This document shows positions 29,903-40,532 of a DNA stretch of 64,000 nt, one piece after another. Below the pieces are notes generated by a model. The model saw only the letters and a list, made by a program, of their open reading frames with translations. It ran no database searches and was not told the DNA's origin. Position numbers and translations under genes: made by a program. Every line of letters begins with the position of its first letter. The first letter of the stretch is position 1. Origin of the DNA: Fibrobacteria bacterium (lineage in GTDB: Bacteria > Fibrobacterota > Fibrobacteria > UBA11236 > JADFYW01); NCBI GenBank assembly GCA_050294405.1, contig JBNKOC010000012.1, positions 224,001-288,000 on the forward strand, written 5' to 3'.

Positions 29903-31297
29903 ATGTCAGTATCATTGCAAGAAGATCCAGCGGTTAGAGCCAGACTCGTAGAGGGCGGAAAGTCTTTTGCTGATGTAACGGCAATTGTTGCAAGGCCTGC
30001 AGAAGTTCCTGTTATTAAAACACCTTCTTGGTGGATAATCGCGTTTTTAGGGGCCTTATCCGGTCTAGTATTATTAAAAACAATGATCGGCTACCTCCTT
30101 TGGGAAGGTACCGGTGTTTGGGGCCTTAATATACCCAATGGTTGGGGATGGGCTATTGTAAACTTTGTTTGGTGGATTGGTATCGGCCACGCCGGTACCT
30201 TGATTTCTGCTATTTTATTTTTGTTTCGACAAAAATGGCGAACAGGTATCAACCGTTTTGCAGAAGCTATGACGGTTTTTGCAGTGGTGTGCGCCATGAT
30301 CTTTCCAGGTATCCACGTCGGTCGTATGTGGGTAGCTTATTATATGTTTCCCCTTCCTAATCAAATGGGAATGTGGCCCAACTTTCGCAGTCCTCTGCTT
30401 TGGGACGTTGTAGCTGTTAGCACCTATGGAACTGTTTCAGTCCTATTTTGGTATATGGGTTTAATTCCCGATTTGGCGACTCTTCGTGACCGGGCCACCA
30501 ATAAAGCGCGTCAGGTATTATATGGTATTTTTGCTTTGGGTTGGCGCGGAGCCAATCGTCACTGGCGTCATTACGAAAGAGCTTATTTGATTTTAGCGGC
30601 CATTGCCACGCCTCTGGTTTTGTCAGTACACAGCATAGTAAGTTTTGACTTTGCCGTTTCTATTTTACCCGGTTGGCACACCACCATATTTCCTCCCTAT
30701 TTTGTCGCTGGTGCGGTGTTTTCAGGTTTTGCTTTGGTATCCACCCTTATGATTATAGCCCGACAAATTTACGGCTTTAAACAACTGGTAACCATGCGCC
30801 ATCTGGAAAACATGAATAAAATCATGCTGGTAACCGGAACTTTGGTGGGATACGCCTATGGCATGGAAATGTTTATTGCCTATTACAGCGGCTCTGCCTA
30901 CGAAAAATTTGCTTTCTGGAACCGTGCTTTTGGGCCTTACGGTTGGGCGTACTGGATTATGGTTTCCTGCAACGTAATCAGCCCTCAGTTGTTCTGGTTT
31001 AAAAAAATCCGGACCTCCATTCCCTTTACTTTTATTATTACCATATTCATAAACATAGGCATGTGGTTTGAACGTTTTGTTATTACCATTACCCTCCATG
31101 CTGACTTTTTACCTTCCAGTTGGGGTTACTATTCACCAACCTACGTGGATATACTTACCTATGTGGGTAGCTTTGGTCTGTTTTTCACTCTGTTTTTATT
31201 GTTTTTGAGATTTTTGCCTCAGGTCGCTGTTTCAGAAGTTAAAGGTGTTATGCCCGAGGCAAACCCTCACCATTATATGAAAGGGGAGCACCACTAA
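29903..31297 (+). CDS. actC: Alternative complex III subunit C (NrfD/PsrC family, quinol site)
   Basis: [50 protein letters not shown]. Confidence 0.95.
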   Translation: MSVSLQEDPAVRARLVEGGKSFADVTAIVARPAEVPVIKTPSWWIIAFLGALSGLVLLKTMIGYLLWEGTGVWGLNIPNGWGWAIVNFVWWIGIGHAGTLISAILFLFRQKWRTGINRFAEAMTVFAVVCAMIFPGIHVGRMWVAYYMFPLPNQMGMWPNFRSPLLWDVVAVSTYGTVSVLFWYMGLIPDLATLRDRATNKARQVLYGIFALGWRGANRHWRHYERAYLILAAIATPLVLSVHSIVSFDFAVSILPGWHTTIFPPYFVAGAVFSGFALVSTLMIIARQIYGFKQLVTMRHLENMNKIMLVTGTLVGYAYGMEMFIAYYSGSAYEKFAFWNRAFGPYGWAYWIMVSCNVISPQLFWFKKIRTSIPFTFIITIFINIGMWFERFVITITLHADFLPSSWGYYSPTYVDILTYVGSFGLFFTLFLLFLRFLPQVAVSEVKGVMPEANPHHYMKGEHH

Positions 31298-31298
31298 T

Positions 31299-31844
31299 AT
31301 GTCTGATTCAAATCAGCCAAAATTATTTGGGGTACTCGCAGAATTTGCAAATCCCCACGATTTGTTAAAGGCAGCGGAAAAAATAAGGGATAAAGGGTTT
31401 CGTTTTTGGGATACCCATACTCCTTTTCCTGTGCATGGTATGGATAAGGCTATGGGTTTGGGAGATTCAAAACTCGGTATTTTGGTTTTTGTTTGCGCCC
31501 TTTTCGGTGTATCTGGCGCTTTCGCTTTGCAGTGGTGGGCGAGTTCAGTTATCTATCCCATCGTAATTTCCGGCAAGCCTTTTAACAGCTATCCCGCTTA
31601 TGTTCCTATAACATTTGAAGGCGGCATTTTATTTTCTGCTTTTGCGGCTATTTTTGGAATGCTTGCCATAAATAAATTGCCCCAGTATTATCACAGCCTG
31701 TTTAGAAGCAAGAACTTTTTAAGATTTAGCGACGATGGATTTTTTGTAAGTATCGAAGCCAAGGACCCCCAATTTGATGCAAGCTCCACAAAGGCATTTC
31801 TGGAAGAAATTGGCGGCAAAAATATTGAGTTGATAGAGGATTAA
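31299..31844 (+). CDS. actD: Alternative complex III subunit D (DUF3341)
   Basis: TPFPVHG, GKP...PITFE, SDDGFF. Confidence 0.92.
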   Translation: MSDSNQPKLFGVLAEFANPHDLLKAAEKIRDKGFRFWDTHTPFPVHGMDKAMGLGDSKLGILVFVCALFGVSGAFALQWWASSVIYPIVISGKPFNSYPAYVPITFEGGILFSAFAAIFGMLAINKLPQYYHSLFRSKNFLRFSDDGFFVSIEAKDPQFDASSTKAFLEEIGGKNIELIED

Positions 31845-31847
31845 GGC

Positions 31848-32450
31848 ATGGCTAACAGATTAACACTGATTATTTGCTCCTTAGCGATTTCCTTTTTGCT
31901 GGGCTGCCGTGGTCAATCTTCCAAGAAACCCCCTATCCATTTGAACCCCAATATGGACAGGCAAGAAAAATTTAAACCCTATGATGACAACTCTTTTTAT
32001 GGAGATAAGCGTAACATGCGCCCCCTACCAGAAGGCGTGGTTGCTATGGGCCATCTCAAAGAAGATGAAGCTTTTTATAAAGGAGTGGTTAACGGAGATT
32101 ATGTTAATAACCCTGTTAAACTCACATCCGAATTTATGACCAAAGGCCAGGAAAAGTTTAACACCTTTTGCACCCCCTGCCATGGAATGGCTGGTCTTGG
32201 AAATGGAATTGTAGTTAAAAAAGGCTTTGTCTTACCCCCCAGCTTAATCGATCCAAGAATATTGGGGCTGAAAGATGGGGAAATTTTTTCAGTTATTTCC
32301 GAAGGCGTAAGAAACATGCCAAGTTATGGGCTACAGATTCAGCCCAAAGAACGTTGGGCTATAGTCGCTTACATCAGAGCATTGCAAAAAAGTCAAACTG
32401 CCAGCCTGCAGGATATTCCTGCTGATAAACACGGGGAGATTATTCGTTAG
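31848..32450 (+). CDS. actE: Alternative complex III subunit E, monoheme cytochrome c lipoprotein
   Basis: Lipobox LLGC, PNMDRQ, CTPCHG, NMPSY, RWAIVAYIRALQ. Confidence 0.92.
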   Translation: MANRLTLIICSLAISFLLGCRGQSSKKPPIHLNPNMDRQEKFKPYDDNSFYGDKRNMRPLPEGVVAMGHLKEDEAFYKGVVNGDYVNNPVKLTSEFMTKGQEKFNTFCTPCHGMAGLGNGIVVKKGFVLPPSLIDPRILGLKDGEIFSVISEGVRNMPSYGLQIQPKERWAIVAYIRALQKSQTASLQDIPADKHGEIIR

Positions 32451-32458
32451 GATTTTTC

Positions 32459-33631
32459 ATGGACTTAAAACCTTTTAAAGCCAAATCATCAAGCAAGCTA
32501 TTTTTAGTAGTTGCAGCACTGGGAGCCCTGGGTTGTGTTTGGGGCCTTATTACCAACAAGGCTCATTTTGGATTTTCTTACCTTACTGCCTTCACCTACT
32601 TTCTAAGCTTGGCATTAGGTGGCCTTTGGTTTGTGCTTATCCAGCACGTTACTAAAGCGGGTTGGAGCGTTGTGGTTCGCAGAATTGCGGAAAATATCGC
32701 ATCGACTTTAAAATGGGCCTGGCTTTTGGTATTGCCTCTTTTGATTTTTTCATTACATGATTTGTTCCACTGGACTCATGCGGATGCTGTAGCTCACGAT
32801 TCAATTTTGCAATCCAAGGCCGGATATTTAAATCTGCCATTCTTTTTTGTCAGAGTCATTTGCTTTTTCGCTATATGGGCTGGGTTCAGCCATTGGCTTT
32901 TGAAGACATCTGTTGCCCAGGACAAAACCGGGGACAAAAAGTTAACGCTGACACTTCAAAAATGGTCTACAGTGGGAACCATTCTTTATGCTTTGACAGA
33001 AACTTTTTTCGCTTTTGATTTTGTAATGTCTCTCAATGCACATTGGTTTTCCACCATATTTGGCATTTATTATTTTGCATGTTCCGCCGTGGGAATTTTT
33101 TCCTTGCTGATTGTTGTGTCTCAACTTCTCCGCAGAAATGGATACCTCAAAGGAATTATTACTGTAGAACATGATCATGATTTAGGAAAATTGCTTTTCG
33201 GCTTTAATATTTTCTGGACTTATATTGCCTTTTCTCAATGGATGTTAATTTGGTACGCCAATTTGGGAGAAGAAACACCTTTTTTCCATATGCGCGCTGT
33301 AGGTAGTTGGAAAACATATAGCATAGTGCTACCCATTCTTCATTTTGTGATTCCTTTCTTTTTCCTTATTTCCAGAAAAGTTAAAAGAAACAATCTTGGA
33401 ATTTTTGCAGGAGCTTTATGGTTGCTCGTAATCAATTACATTGATATTTACTGGCTAATTATGCCTAACTTTCATAAAGAAGGCGTTCAATTTTCCCTTA
33501 TGGATTTAAGTGGAGTTTTGTTTGTTGGAGGCCTGTTTTTCTGGCTTTTGATAAAAACAATGGAAAAAAGCTCTCTTATTCCTGAAAAAGATCCCCGATT
33601 ACCAGAATCCTTACATTTTGAAAATGCTTGA
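32459..33631 (+). CDS. actF: Alternative complex III subunit F
   Basis: AGWSVVVRRIAE, HWFSTIFG, HDLGK, SQWMLIWYANL. Confidence 0.92.
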   Translation: MDLKPFKAKSSSKLFLVVAALGALGCVWGLITNKAHFGFSYLTAFTYFLSLALGGLWFVLIQHVTKAGWSVVVRRIAENIASTLKWAWLLVLPLLIFSLHDLFHWTHADAVAHDSILQSKAGYLNLPFFFVRVICFFAIWAGFSHWLLKTSVAQDKTGDKKLTLTLQKWSTVGTILYALTETFFAFDFVMSLNAHWFSTIFGIYYFACSAVGIFSLLIVVSQLLRRNGYLKGIITVEHDHDLGKLLFGFNIFWTYIAFSQWMLIWYANLGEETPFFHMRAVGSWKTYSIVLPILHFVIPFFFLISRKVKRNNLGIFAGALWLLVINYIDIYWLIMPNFHKEGVQFSLMDLSGVLFVGGLFFWLLIKTMEKSSLIPEKDPRLPESLHFENA

Positions 33632-33636
33632 TAAAT

Positions 33637-34065
33637 ATGTCTGAAAACCAAACAAATCACAAACATATGCCAGAGACGGTAACAGAAAAAATTACCTGGC
33701 CAGCCATATTAATTACATCAGTGGGATTGGCTGTTTTTCTATTGGTTGTAGTTATCGTCAGCATTTTTGCTGTGGAAGGGCTTGTGACTTCTGCGAAAAA
33801 TGCCCGCTTAGGTCCATCTGGCAGCAGGGAGCTAAATGCTTTACATGCCGAAGACCAAAAAATTTTGGGAGAGTACCGCGCCCTTGAAAATGGAAATTAT
33901 CGAATTCCCATAGATTTGGCTATGGAACTTACTGTCAAAGGCGCCAAAATTCAGCCAGCAGCAGCGCAAACTGATACGACTCAAATGGATACTTCTAGCA
34001 ACCAAATGGAAGCTGTATCAAATGATTCTAAAGAAGCTGCAACAAACCACGGAGCGGGTCATTAA
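33637..34065 (+). CDS. Probable alternative complex III subunit G (single-TM)
   Basis: One TM and the RIPIDLAMEL motif; lies between actF and SCO. Confidence 0.65.
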   Translation: MSENQTNHKHMPETVTEKITWPAILITSVGLAVFLLVVVIVSIFAVEGLVTSAKNARLGPSGSRELNALHAEDQKILGEYRALENGNYRIPIDLAMELTVKGAKIQPAAAQTDTTQMDTSSNQMEAVSNDSKEAATNHGAGH

Positions 34066-34910
34066 TGAATTTTTCCAGCTTAAAGATTAATTCTTTAAAG
34101 AGCTTGTCTTGGCTGGTTTTATCTCTTTTTGTTTTTTCCGGATTCGTTTATGCTGAGCAAGATTTGCCCAAGGAAATGCAAGATGTGGGCATCGACGAAA
34201 AATTAGGAAGCAAACTGCCTTTAGATGCTCAGTTTAAAGATGAAGATGGAAATAGCGTTCTGCTGGGCGATTACTTTAACAAGGGAAAACCAGTATTAAT
34301 ATCTATGGTTTATTACGAATGTCCCATGCTATGCACTATGGTTTTGAATGGCCTGATTGATGGCCTAAACCAAATGCCCTGGGTTCCCGGTGAAAAATTC
34401 ACCATGTTAAGCGTTAGTGTAAAACCCGAAGAAACTCCAAAACTGGCAGCACGAAAGAAAAAAACTCATGTGGGAGCCTTGCGAAACCAACCCACTGAAG
34501 ACGGCTGGCGTTTTTTAACAGGCTCTGTTGAAAACATTGATGCATTGGCCGACGCTATCGGTTTTCGTTTTAATCGCTTAGAAAACGGGGAAGTTGCCCA
34601 CAATGCAGGGATATTTATCGCTTCTCCCACCGGTTTAATGTCCAGGTATCTTTATGGCATTACTTATAAGGGTATGGATTTGAAAAGAGCCCTTTTGGAC
34701 GCATCCGATGAAAAGCAAATTTCTATGATGGATAAGGTTATCATGTTTTGCTACCGCTATTCTAAGGATGCTCAGGGCTATGTATTTTTTGCTCAAAATT
34801 TTATGAAAACCAGCGGTTACATTGTGCTCACCGCTGTATTACTTTTATTTGGAAGTTTGTGGTACCGGGAAATTCGCAAAAAAAAAGTTGAAATTTCACA
34901 TACCCGTTAA
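34065..34910 (+). CDS. SCO family copper chaperone
   Basis: VGIDEKLG, YYECPMLC (CxxxC), VAH, RYLYG; C-terminal TM. Confidence 0.88.
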   Translation: MNFSSLKINSLKSLSWLVLSLFVFSGFVYAEQDLPKEMQDVGIDEKLGSKLPLDAQFKDEDGNSVLLGDYFNKGKPVLISMVYYECPMLCTMVLNGLIDGLNQMPWVPGEKFTMLSVSVKPEETPKLAARKKKTHVGALRNQPTEDGWRFLTGSVENIDALADAIGFRFNRLENGEVAHNAGIFIASPTGLMSRYLYGITYKGMDLKRALLDASDEKQISMMDKVIMFCYRYSKDAQGYVFFAQNFMKTSGYIVLTAVLLLFGSLWYREIRKKKVEISHTR

Positions 34911-34931
34911 AAAGAGAAGTTAAAAAGGATT

Positions 34932-35873
34932 ATGAACGAAACACACAAACTTTGGTTACCTGAGGCCGCCTCAAGTTTTACCAAGCATCTAGATCCCCTG
35001 TTTTCAGGATATATGATCCTGGCCTTGGCCATATTATTTGGGATCATTGTGACTTTGGTTATTTTCGGGAACAGATTTATCAGAAAATCTGCCGATCAAA
35101 AAGCCTCAGCCCAAATTACTCATAACTTAAAGCTTGAACTAGCCTGGACTATAATTCCCAGTATCATATTTTTTGTTCTTTTTGTTTTTGGGTTTATTGG
35201 ATACCTGGATATGAGTGTGGCCCCTAAAGATGCCATGAATATCGAAGTTGTAGGGCAAAAATGGAACTGGACCTTTAATTATCCCAACGGGGCCAGCGAA
35301 GACACATTGGTAGTTCCTGTTAACCAGCCCGTTAAACTGACCATGTATTCAAGGGATGTGCTGCATTCTATGTATATTCCGGCATTTAGGGTTAAAAAAG
35401 ATGTGGTTCCTAATATGTATAGCACACTTTGGTTTAGCGCAAATAAAAAGGGCGATTTCCATATTTTTTGCGCAGAGTTTTGCGGTACCAGCCACTCTGG
35501 AATGAAATCAAAAGTTCGGGTGGTGGATTATGAAGAATATGAAAAATGGGTTGCAGCCAAATCAGATGTATCTGCAGGGCTTACTCCTGAAGAGTTTGGA
35601 GGATTGCTTTACGTTAAAAAAGGTTGTAATGCTTGCCACAGCTTAGATGGAACCCGGTTGGTGGGACCAAGCTGGAAGGGCATTTTTGGGGCTGAAAGAA
35701 AATTGGCTTCCGGAGCCACAAAAACTGTAGATGAAAATTACATCAGAGTGTCCATAGAAGAACCTGCGGTGGATGTCGTGGAATCATTTGCACCGGTAAT
35801 GCCGCCTTATAAAGGCGTACTTAATGATAAAGAAATTTCAGGCCTGATAGCCTATATAAAGAGCCTTAAATAG
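34932..35873 (+). CDS. coxB: Cytochrome c oxidase subunit II with fused cytochrome c (caa3-type)
   Basis: LELAWTIIP, CuA ligands DVLH...CAEFCGTSHSGM, C-terminal CNACH...MPP. Confidence 0.95.
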   Translation: MNETHKLWLPEAASSFTKHLDPLFSGYMILALAILFGIIVTLVIFGNRFIRKSADQKASAQITHNLKLELAWTIIPSIIFFVLFVFGFIGYLDMSVAPKDAMNIEVVGQKWNWTFNYPNGASEDTLVVPVNQPVKLTMYSRDVLHSMYIPAFRVKKDVVPNMYSTLWFSANKKGDFHIFCAEFCGTSHSGMKSKVRVVDYEEYEKWVAAKSDVSAGLTPEEFGGLLYVKKGCNACHSLDGTRLVGPSWKGIFGAERKLASGATKTVDENYIRVSIEEPAVDVVESFAPVMPPYKGVLNDKEISGLIAYIKSLK

Positions 35874-35889
35874 GAATTAAAGACGGATT

Positions 35890-37494
35890 ATGAGTAGCCA
35901 TTCAGAGAATATCAACTTTTATAAGGCCAAAAAAGGGCTTTGGTCTTGGATGTCCACTGTGGACCACAAGAGAATTGGCATAATGTATTTGGTAGGTGTC
36001 AGTTTGGCCTTTTTACTTGGCGGTGCCTTTGCAGTTACTTTACGCCTGGAGTTGTTTAACCCTGGCAAAGACTTTGTAAGTGCAGATGGTTACAACCAAT
36101 TGTTCACCCTCCACGGGGTGATAATGGTTTTCTTGTTTATTATTCCCGCTATTCCAGGCGCCTTGGGTAACTTTGTGTTGCCTATCCAAATTGGAGCTCC
36201 TGACGTTGCTTTTCCCAAGTTAAACTTAACCAGTTTTTATTTATGGGTGATTGGTCTTGTGATTGCTTTGGGTTCTATTACAATAGGCGGACTGGATTCT
36301 GGCTGGACATTTTATGCGCCCTATTCCATTTCGGAAAATCCTGCTGTGATATGGGCTACAACCGCGGCCTTTATACTTGGTTTTTCCTCTATTCTAACTG
36401 GTTTAAATTTTATTGTAACTGTCCATAAGTTAAGAGCCCCAGGCATGAGTTGGTTTAGATTGCCTCTGTTTGTTTGGGCTTTATATGCAACCGCTATTTG
36501 CCAGGTGGTTGCTACTCCTGTGGTAGGAGTAACATTAGCTCTATTGATTATTGAAAATGTAATGCATGTAGGAATTTTTGATCCTGCCCTTGGCGGGGAT
36601 CCGGTATTATTTCAGCACTTTTTCTGGTTTTACTCTCACCCCGCTGTATACATTATGATTTTACCTGGATTTGGAATTATCTCAGAAATTATTCCAGCTC
36701 TTTCCAGAAGAAATATATTCGGATACAAAGCCATTGCTTATAGCTCTATGTCCATTGCATTGATTGGCTTTTTGGTCTGGGGCCACCACATGTTTGTTTC
36801 CGGGCAATCCTTAGTGCTTTCCACAGCTTTTTCGTTTTTGACTTTCTTTGTAGGAGTCCCCACAGCTATTAAGGTATTTAACTGGATTGCCACCTTATAT
36901 AAGGGTTCTATAGATTTTAGCACTCCCATGGTTTATTCCTTTGTGTTTTTGATTTTATTTTCCATTGGTGGTTTAACAGGAATTATTCTTGCCATTTTAT
37001 CTCTGGACGCCCACTTACATGACACTTATTTCGTAGTGGCCCACTTTCATGGAACTATGATGGGTGGAGCAGTAATGGCCTTTTTAGCAGGTTTGCACTA
37101 CTGGTGGCCGAAAATGACAGGCCGCATGTATAGTGAATTTTATGGGAAAATTGCGGCCTTCCTTGTGTTTATTGGTTTTTTAACCACATTTACCCCTCAA
37201 TTTATTATGGGATCAAAGGGAATGCCCCGCAGATATTACGATTATGTTCCTGAGTTTACAGTTTACCACCAAATAAGCACCATAGGGGCCTTAACCATTG
37301 GCTTAGGAGTGCTTCTGACTGTTATTTATCTACTGGCCTCTCTTAAAAATGGAAAAAAAGCAGATGCAAATCCATGGGGAGCAAAAACTTTAGAATGGAC
37401 CCATGCACCCACTCCACCACTTCAATTTAATTTTTCCGAAGAGCCTGTGGTGACTGCTGGTCCTTATGATTACGACGCGGAGGAAAATAAATGA
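35890..37494 (+). CDS. coxA: Heme-copper oxidase subunit I, type A2
   Basis: [14 protein letters not shown] (YS motif = A2), WGHHMF, PTAIK (K-channel), VVAHFH. Confidence 0.97.
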   Translation: MSSHSENINFYKAKKGLWSWMSTVDHKRIGIMYLVGVSLAFLLGGAFAVTLRLELFNPGKDFVSADGYNQLFTLHGVIMVFLFIIPAIPGALGNFVLPIQIGAPDVAFPKLNLTSFYLWVIGLVIALGSITIGGLDSGWTFYAPYSISENPAVIWATTAAFILGFSSILTGLNFIVTVHKLRAPGMSWFRLPLFVWALYATAICQVVATPVVGVTLALLIIENVMHVGIFDPALGGDPVLFQHFFWFYSHPAVYIMILPGFGIISEIIPALSRRNIFGYKAIAYSSMSIALIGFLVWGHHMFVSGQSLVLSTAFSFLTFFVGVPTAIKVFNWIATLYKGSIDFSTPMVYSFVFLILFSIGGLTGIILAILSLDAHLHDTYFVVAHFHGTMMGGAVMAFLAGLHYWWPKMTGRMYSEFYGKIAAFLVFIGFLTTFTPQFIMGSKGMPRRYYDYVPEFTVYHQISTIGALTIGLGVLLTVIYLLASLKNGKKADANPWGAKTLEWTHAPTPPLQFNFSEEPVVTAGPYDYDAEENK

Positions 37495-38153
37495 GTTCTT
37501 CAGCTAAGGCGGTGAAACACCACGTAGCCCATCATTTCAAAACAGCTGATCAGGAATTCCAATCCGCAAAATTGGGAATGTGGCTTTTTCTAACTACTGA
37601 AGTTTTGCTCTTTGGTGGATTGTTTTGCGCCTATGTTGTTTTTCGTGCCTGGCACCCAGAAGCTTTTCACGCTGGCTCTCATGCCTTAAATTGGAAATTA
37701 GGTGCCCTCAATACCCTGGTGCTTATCACAAGCTCCTTTACCATGGCTTGGGGGGTCAGGAATGCACAAACAAACCAATTTAAAGCCTTAACTATCAACT
37801 TGGCCATAACATTTATATGCGCCGGAATTTTTATGGTTGTGAAGTATTTTGAATATAGCCATAAGATACATGTGGGAACTTTATGGGCCGGAAAATTTAC
37901 AGCTCCAGGTTTTGAAGGGGATCATCTTCCCGTTTTCTTTAGCCTTTACTTTTTAATGACTGGGCTTCATGGTTTTCACGTTTTGATTGGCATGGCCCTA
38001 ATTTCCTGGCTGTTTTTCAGATCTTTAAAAACCCATTTTTATGATGAATATTTTACTCCCGTGGAAATGGTTGGATTGTATTGGCATTTGGTGGATTTAA
38101 TTTGGATCTTTTTATTCCCCTTGTTGTACTTAGCCGGCGGAGTAAAGTTATAA
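37491..38153 (+). CDS. coxC: Cytochrome c oxidase subunit III
   Basis: [45 protein letters not shown]. Confidence 0.95.
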   Translation: MSSSAKAVKHHVAHHFKTADQEFQSAKLGMWLFLTTEVLLFGGLFCAYVVFRAWHPEAFHAGSHALNWKLGALNTLVLITSSFTMAWGVRNAQTNQFKALTINLAITFICAGIFMVVKYFEYSHKIHVGTLWAGKFTAPGFEGDHLPVFFSLYFLMTGLHGFHVLIGMALISWLFFRSLKTHFYDEYFTPVEMVGLYWHLVDLIWIFLFPLLYLAGGVKL

Positions 38154-38569
38154 TGAGCGCACAAGAACATCATCACGCAATTCCTTTTAAGTTTTTAATT
38201 AGAACCTTTTTAACCTTATTGGTATTAACAGTAATAACGGTAGGGGCGGCACTAATTGATTTTTCTCATTTTAATCCTTATGTGGGCGGCCTAATTGATT
38301 TTACGCCGATGAACATTATTCTGGCCATGCTAATTGCCGTAATCAAAGCCAGTTTAGTAGCTACCTTTTTTATGGGCTTAAAGTTGGACACCAAGTTAAA
38401 TGTGGGGATATTTATTTCCAATATTGTTTTCCTCTTTATCTTTTTTACTTTGACTCTTACAGATACCCTTCTAAGGGACGTGCCTGATCCAATGGAAGGT
38501 AAAAAAATGGATTTTGTATCTCCTGTAGATAAGGCCAACGAAAATCCCAATGGCGGTGCCCATCACTAA
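38153..38569 (+). CDS. coxD: Cytochrome c oxidase subunit IV family protein
   Basis: LLVLTVITV, IAVIKASLVATFFMGLK; TAATG coupling to coxC. Confidence 0.85.
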   Translation: MSAQEHHHAIPFKFLIRTFLTLLVLTVITVGAALIDFSHFNPYVGGLIDFTPMNIILAMLIAVIKASLVATFFMGLKLDTKLNVGIFISNIVFLFIFFTLTLTDTLLRDVPDPMEGKKMDFVSPVDKANENPNGGAHH

Positions 38570-39261
38570 TGGGTTCCTGGTATAGCGACCGAAAGCTCTC
38601 CGCCAAAAAAGAGGGCGTTTCAACTCCAAAACTTCTGCTTTACCTTTTCGGTGGTGTCTCCATCCTTGTTACCATTGCATTGGTAATTGCTTTTGTGGTG
38701 GTGTGGTTGCCAATCAAATCTTTTATATCAGATAAGCCCTACGCTATTGAGCATATTCCTATATCTCCGGAAAAAGAGGACGCTATAAAAAATAAGCTCA
38801 TTTCTTTTTTTAATCGTGAGTTAGGCGATACATTGAGAATTACTTCCGAAGAAGTGAACCACCTAATACGCAATAATGAATTAATTAACAAATATGAAGT
38901 ACAGTATCGCATTCGCCTTGAGGACTCCCTTTTCAATTTGCGCTGTTCGGTTCCAGCGAACAAGCTTAAAAATAACATGGCAAGCATAGTTAAGGTGTTG
39001 AATGTATCCGGTTATATTAATGCAGAAATGGAAGGATATTTAAGGCTAAAAGGCAAAAAGCTTTCTTTAATTACCACAAGGTCCCAAATGAATTCCAGGC
39101 CAGCGCCGTTTACATTATTAGGTAAGCGCACCCACATTGATATAGTTCAATTTTTTCCAAATAGGTTGGAATACAATCGCATTGTAGATGAATTTAAATC
39201 ATTTAGAATTCATAACAAACAGGTGGAGATAATATTAAATCCGCTTAAACCCCAAGGATAA
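38569..39261 (+). CDS. Single-TM hypothetical protein coupled to the cox operon
   Basis: TAATG overlap with coxD; one TM then a soluble domain. Confidence 0.6.
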   Translation: MGSWYSDRKLSAKKEGVSTPKLLLYLFGGVSILVTIALVIAFVVVWLPIKSFISDKPYAIEHIPISPEKEDAIKNKLISFFNRELGDTLRITSEEVNHLIRNNELINKYEVQYRIRLEDSLFNLRCSVPANKLKNNMASIVKVLNVSGYINAEMEGYLRLKGKKLSLITTRSQMNSRPAPFTLLGKRTHIDIVQFFPNRLEYNRIVDEFKSFRIHNKQVEIILNPLKPQG

Positions 39262-39263
39262 AA

Positions 39264-40391
39264 ATGAAAACCCCATTTCAATTTATTAGTGGCAAATTTT
39301 TTTTGATCATGGTAGTGATGTTACAATCCTGCCAAGCACAACCCGATAAAGAAACAAATAAGGAGCAATCCATGGAATCCAAAAGTGAAGAAGGTCTTTT
39401 TGCTGAACTGCAAACTAACATGGGCAATATTTTAATACAGTTGGAATTTGAAAAAACCCCGTTGACTGTTGCAAACTTTGTGGGCCTGGCAGAAGGAACA
39501 AAAAATTCAAACAAAGCAGAAGGAACTCCATTTTACAATGGTGTTATTTTTCATAGAATAATTAAGGGTTTTATGATCCAAGGTGGGGACCCTGATGGAA
39601 CAGGAATGGGTGGTCCCGGATATAAATTTCCCGATGAATTTCATCCTGATTTGAAACATTCAGGACCTGGAATATTATCAATGGCAAATGCGGGGCCCGG
39701 AACCAACGGAAGCCAGTTTTTTATTACCCACGCTCCAACTCCTCACTTAGACGGGCGGCACACTGTTTTTGGCCATGTTGTTGGTGGAATGGATGTGGTG
39801 GACGCCATTGCCAGTGTTAAAACAGGGGGACAGGACCGACCTGTGGAACCTGTTGTTATGGAAAAAGTGGTGATTAAAAGAATTGGTGAAAAAGCGGAAG
39901 CCTTTAAATGCGATCAGGCAAGTTTTGACTCCTTGCTTAAATCTCACAAAGAGCGGCAAATGGCCGCTATGAAAGAAAGGGACAAAGAACTTTTCGAAGG
40001 GGCAAAGACTGATACGGAAAAATACTTGGGGGAGCTTGAAAAAAGCCATCCTGGAAAAATCAAGACCACAGAATCCGGATTAAAATATGTGGTAGTCAAG
40101 GAAGGTAGTGGAGAAAAGCCTAAAGCTGGTTCCAACATCAAAGTCCATTACACTGGAAAATTTGTGGACGGGCGAAAATTTGACAGCTCTGTGGATAGAG
40201 GACAACCCATAGAATTTCCTGTGGGGATGGGAAGGGTAATCGAAGGTTGGGACGAAGCCCTGTTAGACATGAAAAAGGGAGAAAAAAGAATACTGGTCAT
40301 ACCTTATGACTTGGCTTATGGTGAAAATGGAAGGGGCCCAATTCCTCCCTATGCCACCTTAGTTTTTGATGTGGAACTTATTTCACTTTAG
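39264..40391 (+). CDS. Dual-family PPIase: cyclophilin-FKBP fusion, probable lipoprotein
   Basis: LQSC lipobox; [32 protein letters not shown]; then VHYTG...FDSS...VIEGWDEAL...[13 protein letters not shown]. Confidence 0.92.
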   Translation: MKTPFQFISGKFFLIMVVMLQSCQAQPDKETNKEQSMESKSEEGLFAELQTNMGNILIQLEFEKTPLTVANFVGLAEGTKNSNKAEGTPFYNGVIFHRIIKGFMIQGGDPDGTGMGGPGYKFPDEFHPDLKHSGPGILSMANAGPGTNGSQFFITHAPTPHLDGRHTVFGHVVGGMDVVDAIASVKTGGQDRPVEPVVMEKVVIKRIGEKAEAFKCDQASFDSLLKSHKERQMAAMKERDKELFEGAKTDTEKYLGELEKSHPGKIKTTESGLKYVVVKEGSGEKPKAGSNIKVHYTGKFVDGRKFDSSVDRGQPIEFPVGMGRVIEGWDEALLDMKKGEKRILVIPYDLAYGENGRGPIPPYATLVFDVELISL

Positions 40392-40415
40392 TTTTTTTTG
40401 AAAGTTTAGTGAGTG

Positions 40416-40441
40416 AAAAGGGCCTTTTGGCCCTTTTTTTT
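40416..40441. terminator. Rho-independent terminator ending the act/cox/PPIase unit
   Basis: AAAAGGGCC-TTTT-GGCCCTTTTTTTT. Confidence 0.85.
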
Positions 40442-40532
40442 ATGTTCCTAAGTAGGACTTTTGGACAATATTTTAATTTTAGCTGAAATGGCCCTGAATT
40501 GCGTATAATTTAGGGAAACCTTTATTGAATCC

